From: Gammaproteobacteria bacterium
GTDB taxonomy: Bacteria; Pseudomonadota; Gammaproteobacteria; CAJXQU01
Assembly: GCA_965238175.1 (NCBI GenBank)
Contig: CBDEGZ010000003.1
Location: 1,376,001-1,440,000, forward strand
Length of the DNA: 64,000 bases
Direction of reading: 5' to 3'
Of the stretch, positions 41,101-50,432 are shown piece by piece. The first letter of the stretch is position 1. Every line of letters begins with the position of its first letter. A program made the position numbers and the translations under genes. The notes below the pieces were generated by a model that worked only from the letters and a program-made list of their open reading frames with translations, did not search any database and was not told the DNA's origin.

Positions 41101-41916
41101 CTAAAATAGTGTTTCGATCATTTCGTGTAATACAACAATAATTTCCCGATCGTCCGATAAAATATTAGCAATAGCGCATTTACAAGCCGCTGATGGTTCA
41201 AAGCCACGGTTAATTAATTTTGCTGTATAGACTAATAAACGTGTGCTTGCTCCTTCACTCAAGCCGTTACCGACGAGATTACGCGTCATGCCTGCAAGTC
41301 TAACAAGACGTTCACATAATTCCTCTGTGAGGCTTGTTTCATCATGAATGATTTTCGTTTCAAATTTTTCCTCAGGATAATCAAAGTCAATGGAGATAAA
41401 TCGCTGTCTTGTACTTGGTTTAAGATCTTTAACGGCGCTTTGATAACCCGGATTATAGGAGATAGTGAGACTAAAATCATCGGTTGCCGGCAACAGTTCA
41501 CCCAGTTTTTCTAGTGGTAGTATTCTTCGATCGTCACACAGAGGATGTATAACGACTGTTGTATCTTTTCTAGCTTCAACAATTTCATCGAGATAGCAGA
41601 AACAACCGTGCTTTACCGCGATTGTCAAAGGACCATCTTGCCAGACAGTGTTGTCTCCTTGAATTAAATAACGTCCTACAAGGTCAGATGTGGTTAAGTC
41701 ATCGTGGCAGGAGACGGTAATTAATGCTCTTTTGTGGTACCAACTCATATATTCCATGAATCTTGTTTTGCCACACCCTGTTGGGCCTTTTAAAAGGACT
41801 GGAATTTTATCAGCAACGGCAGAGTTGAAAATTTCAATTTCATTGGCTGTTGCTAGGTAGTAAGGTTTTTCTTTAATGTAGTTATTCCAGCTTTCTATTA
41901 CGTTTTCTGAGATCAT
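41101..41916 (-). CDS. CbbQ/NirQ/NorQ-family MoxR AAA+ ATPase
   Basis: LKGPTGCGKTRF, DLVGR, YLDEIVEAR, SYNPGYQ, STRLL. Confidence 0.92.
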   Translation of the reverse strand: MISENVIESWNNYIKEKPYYLATANEIEIFNSAVADKIPVLLKGPTGCGKTRFMEYMSWYHKRALITVSCHDDLTTSDLVGRYLIQGDNTVWQDGPLTIAVKHGCFCYLDEIVEARKDTTVVIHPLCDDRRILPLEKLGELLPATDDFSLTISYNPGYQSAVKDLKPSTRQRFISIDFDYPEEKFETKIIHDETSLTEELCERLVRLAGMTRNLVGNGLSEGASTRLLVYTAKLINRGFEPSAACKCAIANILSDDREIIVVLHEMIETLF

Positions 41917-41920
41917 ATTT

Positions 41921-44038
41921 TTATGCCGTTAGGTATTTATAAATAGTTGATATTTGTACTGGTAACTGTGAGATATCTGATATTAATTGATAGCGATTTG
42001 ATCCCAGCATATGAGGCAAATAATCGAGGCCTTCTTTATCAAAGGTTAAAACAAAAGGGTTTAAGGCCAGCGCGCTAGCTTCCTGGACAGCTTTGCGTGT
42101 ATCTTCAACTCCATAGTGGCCACGGTAACTATCAACATCATCGGGCTTACCATCTGTGAGCATGAAAAGTATTTTTGTTTTAGCTGAAGTTTCCAATAAA
42201 ATTTTACTCAAATGTCTGATCGAAGCTCCCATGCGAGTATATTGTTGTGGTTGCATAGCAAAAATACGTTGTTTAATCGATTTGCTATAGGGTTCGGAGA
42301 AATATTTGATTGGATAAATACGACAGCTATTTCGACCAGATCCAGAGAAGGCATAGATAGCATGTTGATCACCGAGTTTTTCCAAGACTTTACATAGTAG
42401 CCATGTAGATTGCTTAATGGCTTTATTCTTCCAACCGGATGTAGAACCGCTTATGTCGACAGCGAATAAAATTGCGACATCACGCTTATTTCTGTTGTTA
42501 CGGAGATAGAGTTTTTGATAATCACCTGTGTTTTTATTGATATTTGATCTGGCAGATATCCATGCATCAATATCGATCTCATCACCATCCGATTGATAGC
42601 GTATATATTTTTGATCGTTTAATAATAGATCAAATATTTTTTTGATCCGCTGTTCAGCATATTTCAACGAGTCTTCGGACTCATTGAGATCAGAAATCAT
42701 ATCTTCCGGTAACGGATCGACAGCGACTTCTTTAATGCAACACCAGTCTTTTCTATAATTATGTAATGATGCATCCCATTCCTTATAGTAAAAAATATCG
42801 TCAGCGTTATGTTTTACTACTGATAGATCATCTTGCAATTCACTTTCTTCAGGTTGTACTGGTAATGAGTCCCAAAGTTCCCGTCCAGTCTCACTTATTA
42901 GATCGGATTTTTGTTGCTCTTCTGAAAGAGGAGTACTGCGAATAAAAACGCGACTGTCTGATTTTATCTCCGTGTCTATATTCGCTATTAAGTTATCGAC
43001 ATTTTCAGTGGGGTTCATTATCTGTGGGCTATGAGCATCAGGCGTAAGTCCATTAATAATTTTGTCGGGTAGGAAATCTGGTTGATAACTAACGTTAGGT
43101 AATAGATATTTTTGATCAATTAGTTTGTTTGTGAGATCAATACTGCTTTTGACTGAAGTATGATCATAATCCACAAAAATATTTTCTGGATAATCGACCT
43201 GATTTTTGATATTCAGTGATTCGATATCTCGCCAGATCCCAGGATAGTCATGACGAATAGTTTGATCAATCCTTAATGTTTCGATTGTAGAGAATAATTC
43301 TAGATAACTTTGACCGTATCTTTCTTCAGTATCCTGTAATGCTTGCACGGCGTCCCATGTACGGTAATGAACCTGACCAACGAGATGAAATATTAATATT
43401 TTATAAAGTTTGTAATTATCCGCATAATTATCAAAAGTTGCGATGCTTGAAGGTAAATATAGTTGATGGCCATCAGTATAGGCAAAACTGCCATCCTTAG
43501 TTTGTATCGAAATAGGTATTTGAGATTTGTGAATGCTTATGGCTAATTTATCGATCGTATCTATTACCTTATTTAATTCTACAACGTGGATTTGAACGTT
43601 ATTGATCCTAGTGTAGTTTTTATAGTCACTAATTAAATCGCTAGCCGCTTTTGAATCATTTGCTTGCAGATAATGTTGAACATCCTCGAGCCAATGTTCA
43701 TATTGATCTTGTTCCATATTATCTAAAACGGAAGATGAAGCTAATAAAAGCTGATAAGCATGCTCTGATGACAGATTAGATATCAAGCGTAGTTGTGACA
43801 AGAAAAAAGACTGAGTTGGATGACTACGTTTTGCTAATTCATTAGCCGGTTTTATTATCGGTGCTTTAGATTTTAAATTGCCTAGAATCAATTCAATTCT
43901 AATTTTAAGTTCGGTACTGCTCATACCTCCACACGAACCTGTTTGTTTTGATTCCAGAGAACCATGCTTTTCTGAACGTAACTTGTTTAGTTTATTAGAA
44001 TGGCCTGTACGATCAAACCATTTTGATAAAAACTTCAT
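41921..44038 (-). CDS. CbbO/NorD-like von Willebrand A protein
   Basis: AYTDG, Y.EWD...Y..DWC, DISGST MIDAS, YTRMGA.IRH, LTDGKP.D; start uncertain (TTG 44086 possible). Confidence 0.88.
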   Translation of the reverse strand: MKFLSKWFDRTGHSNKLNKLRSEKHGSLESKQTGSCGGMSSTELKIRIELILGNLKSKAPIIKPANELAKRSHPTQSFFLSQLRLISNLSSEHAYQLLLASSSVLDNMEQDQYEHWLEDVQHYLQANDSKAASDLISDYKNYTRINNVQIHVVELNKVIDTIDKLAISIHKSQIPISIQTKDGSFAYTDGHQLYLPSSIATFDNYADNYKLYKILIFHLVGQVHYRTWDAVQALQDTEERYGQSYLELFSTIETLRIDQTIRHDYPGIWRDIESLNIKNQVDYPENIFVDYDHTSVKSSIDLTNKLIDQKYLLPNVSYQPDFLPDKIINGLTPDAHSPQIMNPTENVDNLIANIDTEIKSDSRVFIRSTPLSEEQQKSDLISETGRELWDSLPVQPEESELQDDLSVVKHNADDIFYYKEWDASLHNYRKDWCCIKEVAVDPLPEDMISDLNESEDSLKYAEQRIKKIFDLLLNDQKYIRYQSDGDEIDIDAWISARSNINKNTGDYQKLYLRNNRNKRDVAILFAVDISGSTSGWKNKAIKQSTWLLCKVLEKLGDQHAIYAFSGSGRNSCRIYPIKYFSEPYSKSIKQRIFAMQPQQYTRMGASIRHLSKILLETSAKTKILFMLTDGKPDDVDSYRGHYGVEDTRKAVQEASALALNPFVLTFDKEGLDYLPHMLGSNRYQLISDISQLPVQISTIYKYLTA

Positions 44039-44225
44039 ATTTTTAAAGATTCTACATTCAAATGTAGTTAGCTTAGATTGAATCAACAGACGCTTTATAT
44101 ACGTACTTATACTGAATAATTACTACAAGAGAAACACTCTGGTTGAGATCGATTATACATTCAGTCCGCGGTGCTGAAGTTGAGCAGTTTTTGACAAATT
44201 ATTACTAGCATGCTTAACAAGATAG

Positions 44226-44244
44226 GGATATTTACGTATTCACA
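44226..44244 (+). promoter_or_regulatory. Shared regulator site upstream of the monooxygenase operon
   Basis: GGATATTTACGTATTCACA, identical to 54129-54147. Confidence 0.75.
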
Positions 44245-44373
44245 GCTTAATTGTTTATAACTTATTGTATTGACATGTTCGGAGGAAATTCGAGCAAAAA
44301 GGTGGAGTGGGATTAGGAGTTAATTCCCAACAATAACAAATTAACAGTAATAAAACATGAGGTGTTAAATACG

Positions 44374-45555
44374 ATGAATAAGTTTTTAATCAATATTCGG
44401 TATTTTATGGCGCCAATACTCATACTAGTGAGTATGTTTGGCGTTTTAATTGGCGGTCCATTTGTATGGACAGGTGTCGTACTTTTTGGTGTTGGGATTA
44501 TCTTAGATACTCTTACCATGTCTATGCATCCAGATGGAGCTGGTGTCGATGAAGATGGTGACACAAATGGTATTCCTGGATTGCAGAACATGGTGATGTA
44601 CATCATGTTGCCAGTATTTGCACTTCTTCAAGTCGCTATGGCTTGGCGGATCTACCAATACGTAGGTGGTGTACCTATGGAACCGGGGATGCTCTTTGGT
44701 ATGTTGCCTGTGCAAAATGGAATAACAGGAGCACAGTTAGTAGGTGCGACTATTTCTACGGGTGTCTTTGCCGGTATCGGTATTATCTATGGGCATGAGT
44801 TAGCTCATACTAAAGGGTTTAGCTTTGTAATTTCACGCTTAATGATGGGTTTAAGTGGTTCTGCACATTTCTGCTATGCACACGTTTATAACCATCATCT
44901 AGAGCTTGCACATGAAGATGATCCTGCAACTTCTCCAAGAGGTCGCGGTATCTATAGGCACTTTTGGTTGTCGCATATGGGGCAATCAAAATTCCTTTTC
45001 CGAATGGAAAAAGAACGTTTGGCTAAATTAGGCAAGTCTTTCATATCTTTAGATAACCGTTGGATCCGCGGTTATTTCATGAGCTTACCAACAATTCTTT
45101 TATTCTTGTGGGTTGGTGGACCTATTGGAATCGCTTGCATGTTTCTGATTTGGACTGTGTCTAATTTTGAATTAGAAGCACTTAACTATATGGAACATTA
45201 TGGTCTTATCCGAGAAAAAGGTCAGCCTATCGATTACCGACACTCATGGGATAACGATAATTTATTCAGTGCTTGGTTCTTTATTGAAATAGGTAGACAA
45301 GGTGATCATCATGATCGTGGTGAAACACATTTTTGGGAATTAGATAACGTTGGATCTCCTAATGCAAGATGGGGATATTTCACAGAGTTTACCTATGCAT
45401 TAGTTCCTCCCCTATATCATGCAGTCATGAAAAATAAGCTTGCGACATGGGACAAAGAGTTTGCTAGTGAAGGTGAGCTTGAGATAGCAGCCCGGATTAA
45501 TAAACAGGCTAATTATGAAGTGTCAGAAGATTTCACTGATTACGCCAAAATATAA
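44374..45555 (+). CDS. Membrane di-iron monooxygenase, AlkB/XylM superfamily (atypical)
   Basis: HELAH, HVYNHH, DPATS, NYMEHYG, RQGDHH boxes; multiple TM helices. Confidence 0.88.
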   Translation: MNKFLINIRYFMAPILILVSMFGVLIGGPFVWTGVVLFGVGIILDTLTMSMHPDGAGVDEDGDTNGIPGLQNMVMYIMLPVFALLQVAMAWRIYQYVGGVPMEPGMLFGMLPVQNGITGAQLVGATISTGVFAGIGIIYGHELAHTKGFSFVISRLMMGLSGSAHFCYAHVYNHHLELAHEDDPATSPRGRGIYRHFWLSHMGQSKFLFRMEKERLAKLGKSFISLDNRWIRGYFMSLPTILLFLWVGGPIGIACMFLIWTVSNFELEALNYMEHYGLIREKGQPIDYRHSWDNDNLFSAWFFIEIGRQGDHHDRGETHFWELDNVGSPNARWGYFTEFTYALVPPLYHAVMKNKLATWDKEFASEGELEIAARINKQANYEVSEDFTDYAKI

Positions 45556-45648
45556 TTCATAACAACTATGTTAATAGGTCTGGGACATCAAGTCTCAGAT
45601 CTATATTTAATAAAGTTACGAATATTAAAAAAGGTAAAGGAGAACATC

Positions 45649-46008
45649 ATGAGTGAAAGTTTATATGACAGGCTTGGTGGACATGATTCTATAAAGGAAC
45701 TTGCAGCAACAGTCTTTGCAAACCACTGCAAGAATCCATCGATAAAAACGCGTTATGCGGACAGTGATACAGATGAAGTAGTGCGAAAAGTAACAGAGTT
45801 TATGTGTGCAGGTTTTGGTGGTACAGAAACTTATACCGGACAAGATATGTTGACTGCACATACAGGAATGAACATTTCTGAAGCTGAGTTTAATGCGGTA
45901 GTTGATGACGTTATGTCAGCACTGGACACTCATCGTGTTGGTGATGTTGAGAAAAATGAAATCCTTTGTGCTCTTTGGTCAATGAGACCAGAGATAGTAC
46001 ATGTATAA
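45649..46008 (+). CDS. Group I truncated haemoglobin (cytoplasmic)
   Basis: SLYDRLGG, GG..Y.G.DM..AH.GMNIS..EF; AAGGAG RBS before ATG 45649. Confidence 0.9.
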   Translation: MSESLYDRLGGHDSIKELAATVFANHCKNPSIKTRYADSDTDEVVRKVTEFMCAGFGGTETYTGQDMLTAHTGMNISEAEFNAVVDDVMSALDTHRVGDVEKNEILCALWSMRPEIVHV

Positions 46009-46057
46009 AAGGATTTATAGAAAGACAACATAAATAAAAATAAAGAGAGGTTCTAAG

Positions 46058-46237
46058 ATGAAAGTTGAATGGGATGAGAAAGCATGTCAACACGCAGGAG
46101 TATGCGTTAAAACATTACCAGCTGTTTTTAAAATAGAGGATGGAAGTTTCGTTATAGATCCTCCAGCAGCCTCTGAAGAAGAAGTAAGGGATGTTCTCGC
46201 TAAATGTCCATCAGGTGCTTTAACTGCGAAAGATTAA
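46058..46237 (+). CDS. Small divergent 4Fe-4S monocluster ferredoxin (Fer4_19/YjdI-like), 59 aa
   Basis: Below the ORF-track cut-off; MKVEWDEKACQHAGVCVKTLPAVF...KCPSGALTAKD with GAGAGG RBS. Confidence 0.85.
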   Translation: MKVEWDEKACQHAGVCVKTLPAVFKIEDGSFVIDPPAASEEEVRDVLAKCPSGALTAKD

Positions 46238-46287
46238 AAACAATTTTTCATATAATAAAAATTATATAGTTTTTGGAGGAGAGTTAA

Positions 46288-46974
46288 ATGTCTATTGGAG
46301 ATCATTTATCAGACGTAAAAGTACTTTGGGGGGTTGCAGGTTGTGCAAACACAAGTAAATGCCTTCTAACCGCAGCAGAAAAGGGGGTTGATATCGACGG
46401 AAGATCAGTTGATATGCAATCAGAGTCAGCAATGAACGAGATATTAAGTTTCTCACCATTTGGCTTGCTCCCAGTCCTGAAAGATGTTGATTTTTACGTC
46501 TATGGAACAAGCGCAATAATGTCTTACCTTGATGATAAAGGTTTCGGCAATTCATTGGTTCCACGTAATGCAGTTGCAAGAACTCAACAATATCAATGGA
46601 TTCATATTGCGAACGACGTATTTTCTAAAGCAGTAGAGAAATTAAGTGGTGATAGTAATGATGCTTCAGCAATTTCTGAAGTGAAAAATATATTGTCAGC
46701 GTTAGATGCACGGTTAGGATCGAAACAACAAAGAGGTGATTATATTATTGGTGATTTCAGTCTTGCTGATATTCACTGGGCACCATACATTCATCACTGC
46801 TGTTTATATGGGCAAGAATCATTAGTTGATGCTCTTCCAAATGTTAAAACATGGTGGAGCCATATGAAAATAAGAAAGAGTACAAGCAAAGAAAATTACA
46901 CAGCTTATACCGTCTTGCCATCACTTGATGAAATTCGTAGTAACAAGTTGCGATCTGTCAGTATTAATGTCTAA
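46288..46974 (+). CDS. Glutathione S-transferase family protein
   Basis: SPFG.LPVL.D, AIMSYLDD, GDFSLADI. Confidence 0.85.
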   Translation: MSIGDHLSDVKVLWGVAGCANTSKCLLTAAEKGVDIDGRSVDMQSESAMNEILSFSPFGLLPVLKDVDFYVYGTSAIMSYLDDKGFGNSLVPRNAVARTQQYQWIHIANDVFSKAVEKLSGDSNDASAISEVKNILSALDARLGSKQQRGDYIIGDFSLADIHWAPYIHHCCLYGQESLVDALPNVKTWWSHMKIRKSTSKENYTAYTVLPSLDEIRSNKLRSVSINV

Positions 46975-47011
46975 AGTTTTTGAATTATTAACTCGGCAAG
47001 GATGAGTATTT

Positions 47012-48106
47012 ATGTTTGGTTTTTTTAAAAACAAAAAACAAAATTATGAGGCTGAGGTTATTTCTGCTAGGAAGACGCTGACAGTAAAGCCTGGTGAGAA
47101 TTTACTAAAAACAGCACTTGAAGCAGGAATAGCCTGGCCGAATGATTGTCGGGTTGGCAGTTGTGGCACATGTAAATGTCGATTGGTAGATGGAAAGATC
47201 AAACCACTTGCCGACTTTAGTTACGTACTTGAAGGAGACGAACTTAGAGATGGTTACATACTTGCTTGCCAGACGGCTTTAAAAACTAATATCAAAGTAG
47301 ATGTTGAATTACTTGAAACGAATGGTGTTGAGCAAACTAAACTTTGGGGATCTGATGCGCTTATTTCAGAGATCAATGATTTAACTCATGACATTAAGGA
47401 AATAGTTGTTCAGATAACTGATCCAAAGCTTTTAGCTTCTAGCGATATTTTGTACAAGGCTGGAGAGTGTGCAGAGCTTAAATTGCCTCATATTGATCAG
47501 GCACGATCCTATTCATTTGCAAGTGCTCCAAAGCCAGGGCAAAAAGATTTTCGTTTTTACATCAGATTAGTTCCTGGTGGTGAATTTACTACTTGGTTAT
47601 TTGATGCAGATAGAACAGGTGAAGCATTAAAAATATCGGGGCCATATGGTGGTTTTTGGTTAAGAGAAGAGACTACACCGATTATTTGTGTTGCAGGTGG
47701 CAGTGGCATGAGTGCAATTATTGGGATTTTACAAGGTGCAATGCAAGAAAATATTAAACGTGATGTACGTTTTCTATTTGGTGCGAGAACACAAGCAGAT
47801 CTTTATTGTGACGAAATAATTAGTGAATTAGCTAACTATTGGGAAAGTCAGAATCTTGGGAAATTCGAATATATACCTTGTTTATCTGAGGAGCCTGAAG
47901 GCACTTCATGGCAAGGTAATAAGGGATTTGTAACAGAGTTTATAACTAATGGTTCAAGTGATCAGATAGTTGGACAAGCTTATCTATGTGGTCCTCCGGG
48001 GATGATCGATGCCGCTATCAGCGTTTTTGAAGAAAATGGCATGAATAGCGAAGCAATATTCTTCGATAAATTCCTCGATAGTAGCAGTATGCCTGGAGGC
48101 AGGTAA
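47012..48106 (+). CDS. 2Fe-2S ferredoxin/FAD-NAD(P)H reductase (XylA-like monooxygenase reductase)
   Basis: CRVGSCGTCKC...LAC, RSYSFAS, AGGSG, YLCGPP, FDKF. Confidence 0.92.
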   Translation: MFGFFKNKKQNYEAEVISARKTLTVKPGENLLKTALEAGIAWPNDCRVGSCGTCKCRLVDGKIKPLADFSYVLEGDELRDGYILACQTALKTNIKVDVELLETNGVEQTKLWGSDALISEINDLTHDIKEIVVQITDPKLLASSDILYKAGECAELKLPHIDQARSYSFASAPKPGQKDFRFYIRLVPGGEFTTWLFDADRTGEALKISGPYGGFWLREETTPIICVAGGSGMSAIIGILQGAMQENIKRDVRFLFGARTQADLYCDEIISELANYWESQNLGKFEYIPCLSEEPEGTSWQGNKGFVTEFITNGSSDQIVGQAYLCGPPGMIDAAISVFEENGMNSEAIFFDKFLDSSSMPGGR

Positions 48107-48170
48107 TTATTAAAAGCTTAAGGCACACAAAAAAGCCTTATTTAAAAACTAAAAGTAGGAGGTAAGGAAA

Positions 48171-48377
48171 ATGGCTTCATTTAGAGCGCTAATAGTAATG
48201 GCAATTTGGACAGGAATTGTTGGTTATGGTCTGTACCAAATAGGTGCACACGTTAATTACAGAGATCCTTTGTGGGCACTTGGAACAGGCACAGCATTGC
48301 TAATAACTCATATGGTTAATATGTACATTTATTTCAAAGTGGCAGGAGAAAAACCATTTCAGTGGTTCGCTAGTTAG
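48171..48377 (+). CDS. Small two-TM membrane protein
   Basis: Strong RBS, two hydrophobic segments, in operon position. Confidence 0.7.
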   Translation: MASFRALIVMAIWTGIVGYGLYQIGAHVNYRDPLWALGTGTALLITHMVNMYIYFKVAGEKPFQWFAS

Positions 48378-48538
48378 CCTGGTTTTTTATTAGTAATTAG
48401 TGGGAAGAATAAGTGGAACACTAGCAAGTGACATAAAAAAGTATGTCTCTTTCGATAAGTCAAATGAGGGTTACTTATTGTTAGATAACATAGATAGATA
48501 TAAAAATAATTTAACGTATCCTGAGGGAGTATTTAACA

Positions 48539-49753
48539 ATGAAACGAAAAATATTAGCGGTAGTGATGGCGTCGTTATATATACCAGCAAGCCAAGCTGG
48601 AACATTTGGTACGGATTTAAATAATAACATGTTGCCAGCCACAGGGGGGATGGGTGGAGCATCTATTGCACGTACGGTCGAACCTGCAGCGGCAGTGTTT
48701 GGAAATCCAGCAACTTTAACAGAGTACAACGAAGGCACTAGTTTTACTTTTGGAGCAACATTTTTTGATCCGACACTTGAGGCTGAGCATGATGGTAGTA
48801 TCACTGGTACAGCTTGGGAAGGGACATCCAATGCAAATGACTATTTGGTACCTACAGTTGCTGTCACACAAGCATTTAGCCCTAACCTGGTAGTTGGACT
48901 AGGTTTAACTGCAACTTCAGGTGTTGGTTCAGATTTTAGAGGCACACCGAATAGTTTAGACCCTACTGGGGAGTTAATATTATTTGCTGCAAACCTAGGG
49001 GTTGGATATAAATTATCCGACAACCTATCACTGGGTGCGACGGCAACAATAGGTAATGGCTATTTTCAAGCCAGTTTGACTAATGATACAGGTTCAGCGC
49101 ATGATTTTGGCTTCAGAATTACAGCTGGTGCAAAGTATGATATTGGTGCTACAAGTATCGGTGCTTATTACCGAAGTAAGCTAAATATTGAATATGAACA
49201 ATATATTGCTAGAGGTGATGGTACATTTTGGGATGATCATGTTGCACAACCAGAAGAATTCGCAATTGGGATAGCGAATAACAGTTTGGTGGGAGGAAAC
49301 CTCCAGGTTAATTTAGACGTTATTCATAAAGACTGGTCAGATGCACAGTTCTACAAGGATTTCTATCGTGATCAAACAGTAGTTGCACTTGGCACACAAT
49401 TAACTACAGGACCGGCTCAATGGAGAATTGGATATAGTCATGCACGAGATCCTATCAAAAGAAACCTGCCACTTACGACTGTTATAGGCATAGGAAATAA
49501 CACAGAAATCGGTGCGCCAGGTGGTGGTAGTATTCCAGTTACGGGTGCTGTTGTGGAATATTTCCAAGCAACGAATGCAGCTGCGATATGGGAAGATACA
49601 ATAACAGCAGGTGTTGGTTATCAATTGTTACCTAATATTAAAATCGATTTACATGCAGCGTATACACTAGATGAAGATCAACAAATTGGTGGTACTAAAG
49701 TTGATATTGATGCTTGGCAACTTGGTTTTGGATTCACATGGTCTTTTAAATAA
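48539..49753 (+). CDS. FadL/OmpP1/TodX-type outer-membrane hydrophobic-solute channel
   Basis: Signal peptide, GMGGA..A....AAVFGNPA hatch motif, terminal aromatic beta-strand. Confidence 0.85.
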   Translation: MKRKILAVVMASLYIPASQAGTFGTDLNNNMLPATGGMGGASIARTVEPAAAVFGNPATLTEYNEGTSFTFGATFFDPTLEAEHDGSITGTAWEGTSNANDYLVPTVAVTQAFSPNLVVGLGLTATSGVGSDFRGTPNSLDPTGELILFAANLGVGYKLSDNLSLGATATIGNGYFQASLTNDTGSAHDFGFRITAGAKYDIGATSIGAYYRSKLNIEYEQYIARGDGTFWDDHVAQPEEFAIGIANNSLVGGNLQVNLDVIHKDWSDAQFYKDFYRDQTVVALGTQLTTGPAQWRIGYSHARDPIKRNLPLTTVIGIGNNTEIGAPGGGSIPVTGAVVEYFQATNAAAIWEDTITAGVGYQLLPNIKIDLHAAYTLDEDQQIGGTKVDIDAWQLGFGFTWSFK

Positions 49754-49789
49754 ACCAGGTAAATAAGAAAAAATAAGAGAGAAATTAAT

Positions 49790-50275
49790 ATGAAAAGTTT
49801 AACGAAAAACCTACGAGTATTATTCGTAATTTGTGCGCTGTTCATGTCGTATAGTGTATATGCTGCTGATCATAGTGATGCACCCGTTGGTCCATCACTA
49901 TTTGATCGCATTGGTGGAGAAGCTAAAGCGCATCAAATTGTTGGTGATATTTGGACTAACCATACTCAAAATCCTATCGTCAAAGATCGATTTGCAAATA
50001 GTGATCCTGCCTATGTAAAAGCAAGGGTGTATGAAATCTTTGCTGCGGCAACTGGTGGACCTGTTGAGTACACTGGCAAAGATATGAAAACCACCCATGC
50101 AGGAATGAACATTAGTGAAATGGAATTTAATGCGGTAGTAGACGATGTACTAGCAGCTCTTGCTAAACATGGAGTAGCCCAGCAGGAGCAAAATGAAGTA
50201 CTAGCAATTCTTTGGTCTGTTAGAGGCGATATTGTAAATTCAAACATAACAACTAAAACACTAACTGCTGAATAA
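49790..50275 (+). CDS. Group I truncated haemoglobin with signal peptide (periplasmic)
   Basis: Signal peptide (VYA-A), SLFDRIGG, TGGP..YTGKDM..THAGMNIS..EF. Confidence 0.88.
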   Translation: MKSLTKNLRVLFVICALFMSYSVYAADHSDAPVGPSLFDRIGGEAKAHQIVGDIWTNHTQNPIVKDRFANSDPAYVKARVYEIFAAATGGPVEYTGKDMKTTHAGMNISEMEFNAVVDDVLAALAKHGVAQQEQNEVLAILWSVRGDIVNSNITTKTLTAE

Positions 50276-50317
50276 AAAAGTATTAGCTGTTTTCAACGCA
50301 ATGTAGAAAACAAAGCT

Positions 50318-50356
50318 AAACATCAGGCTCTAATTCATTAAAGGGCCTGATGTTTT
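50318..50356 (+). terminator. Rho-independent terminator after the monooxygenase operon
   Basis: AAACATCAGGCTC...GGGCCTGATGTTTTT stem plus U tract. Confidence 0.7.
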
Positions 50357-50432
50357 TAATAATTAAATAATTATCTTTATTTAATACAGTAAAGAATTTC
50401 GAGTCATTTGAAAATCATCCGGAGGAATAAAA

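Noticed and set aside
41101-44038. Evidence of denitrification (nor) or Calvin cycle (cbb)
   Set aside because: Only the chaperone pair is present; no norCB or Rubisco genes in the window
44374-45555. Assigning the gene symbol alkB (alkane degradation)
   Set aside because: Altered His boxes, no rubredoxin or alk genes, and a sulfur-island context; substrate cannot be supported from sequence
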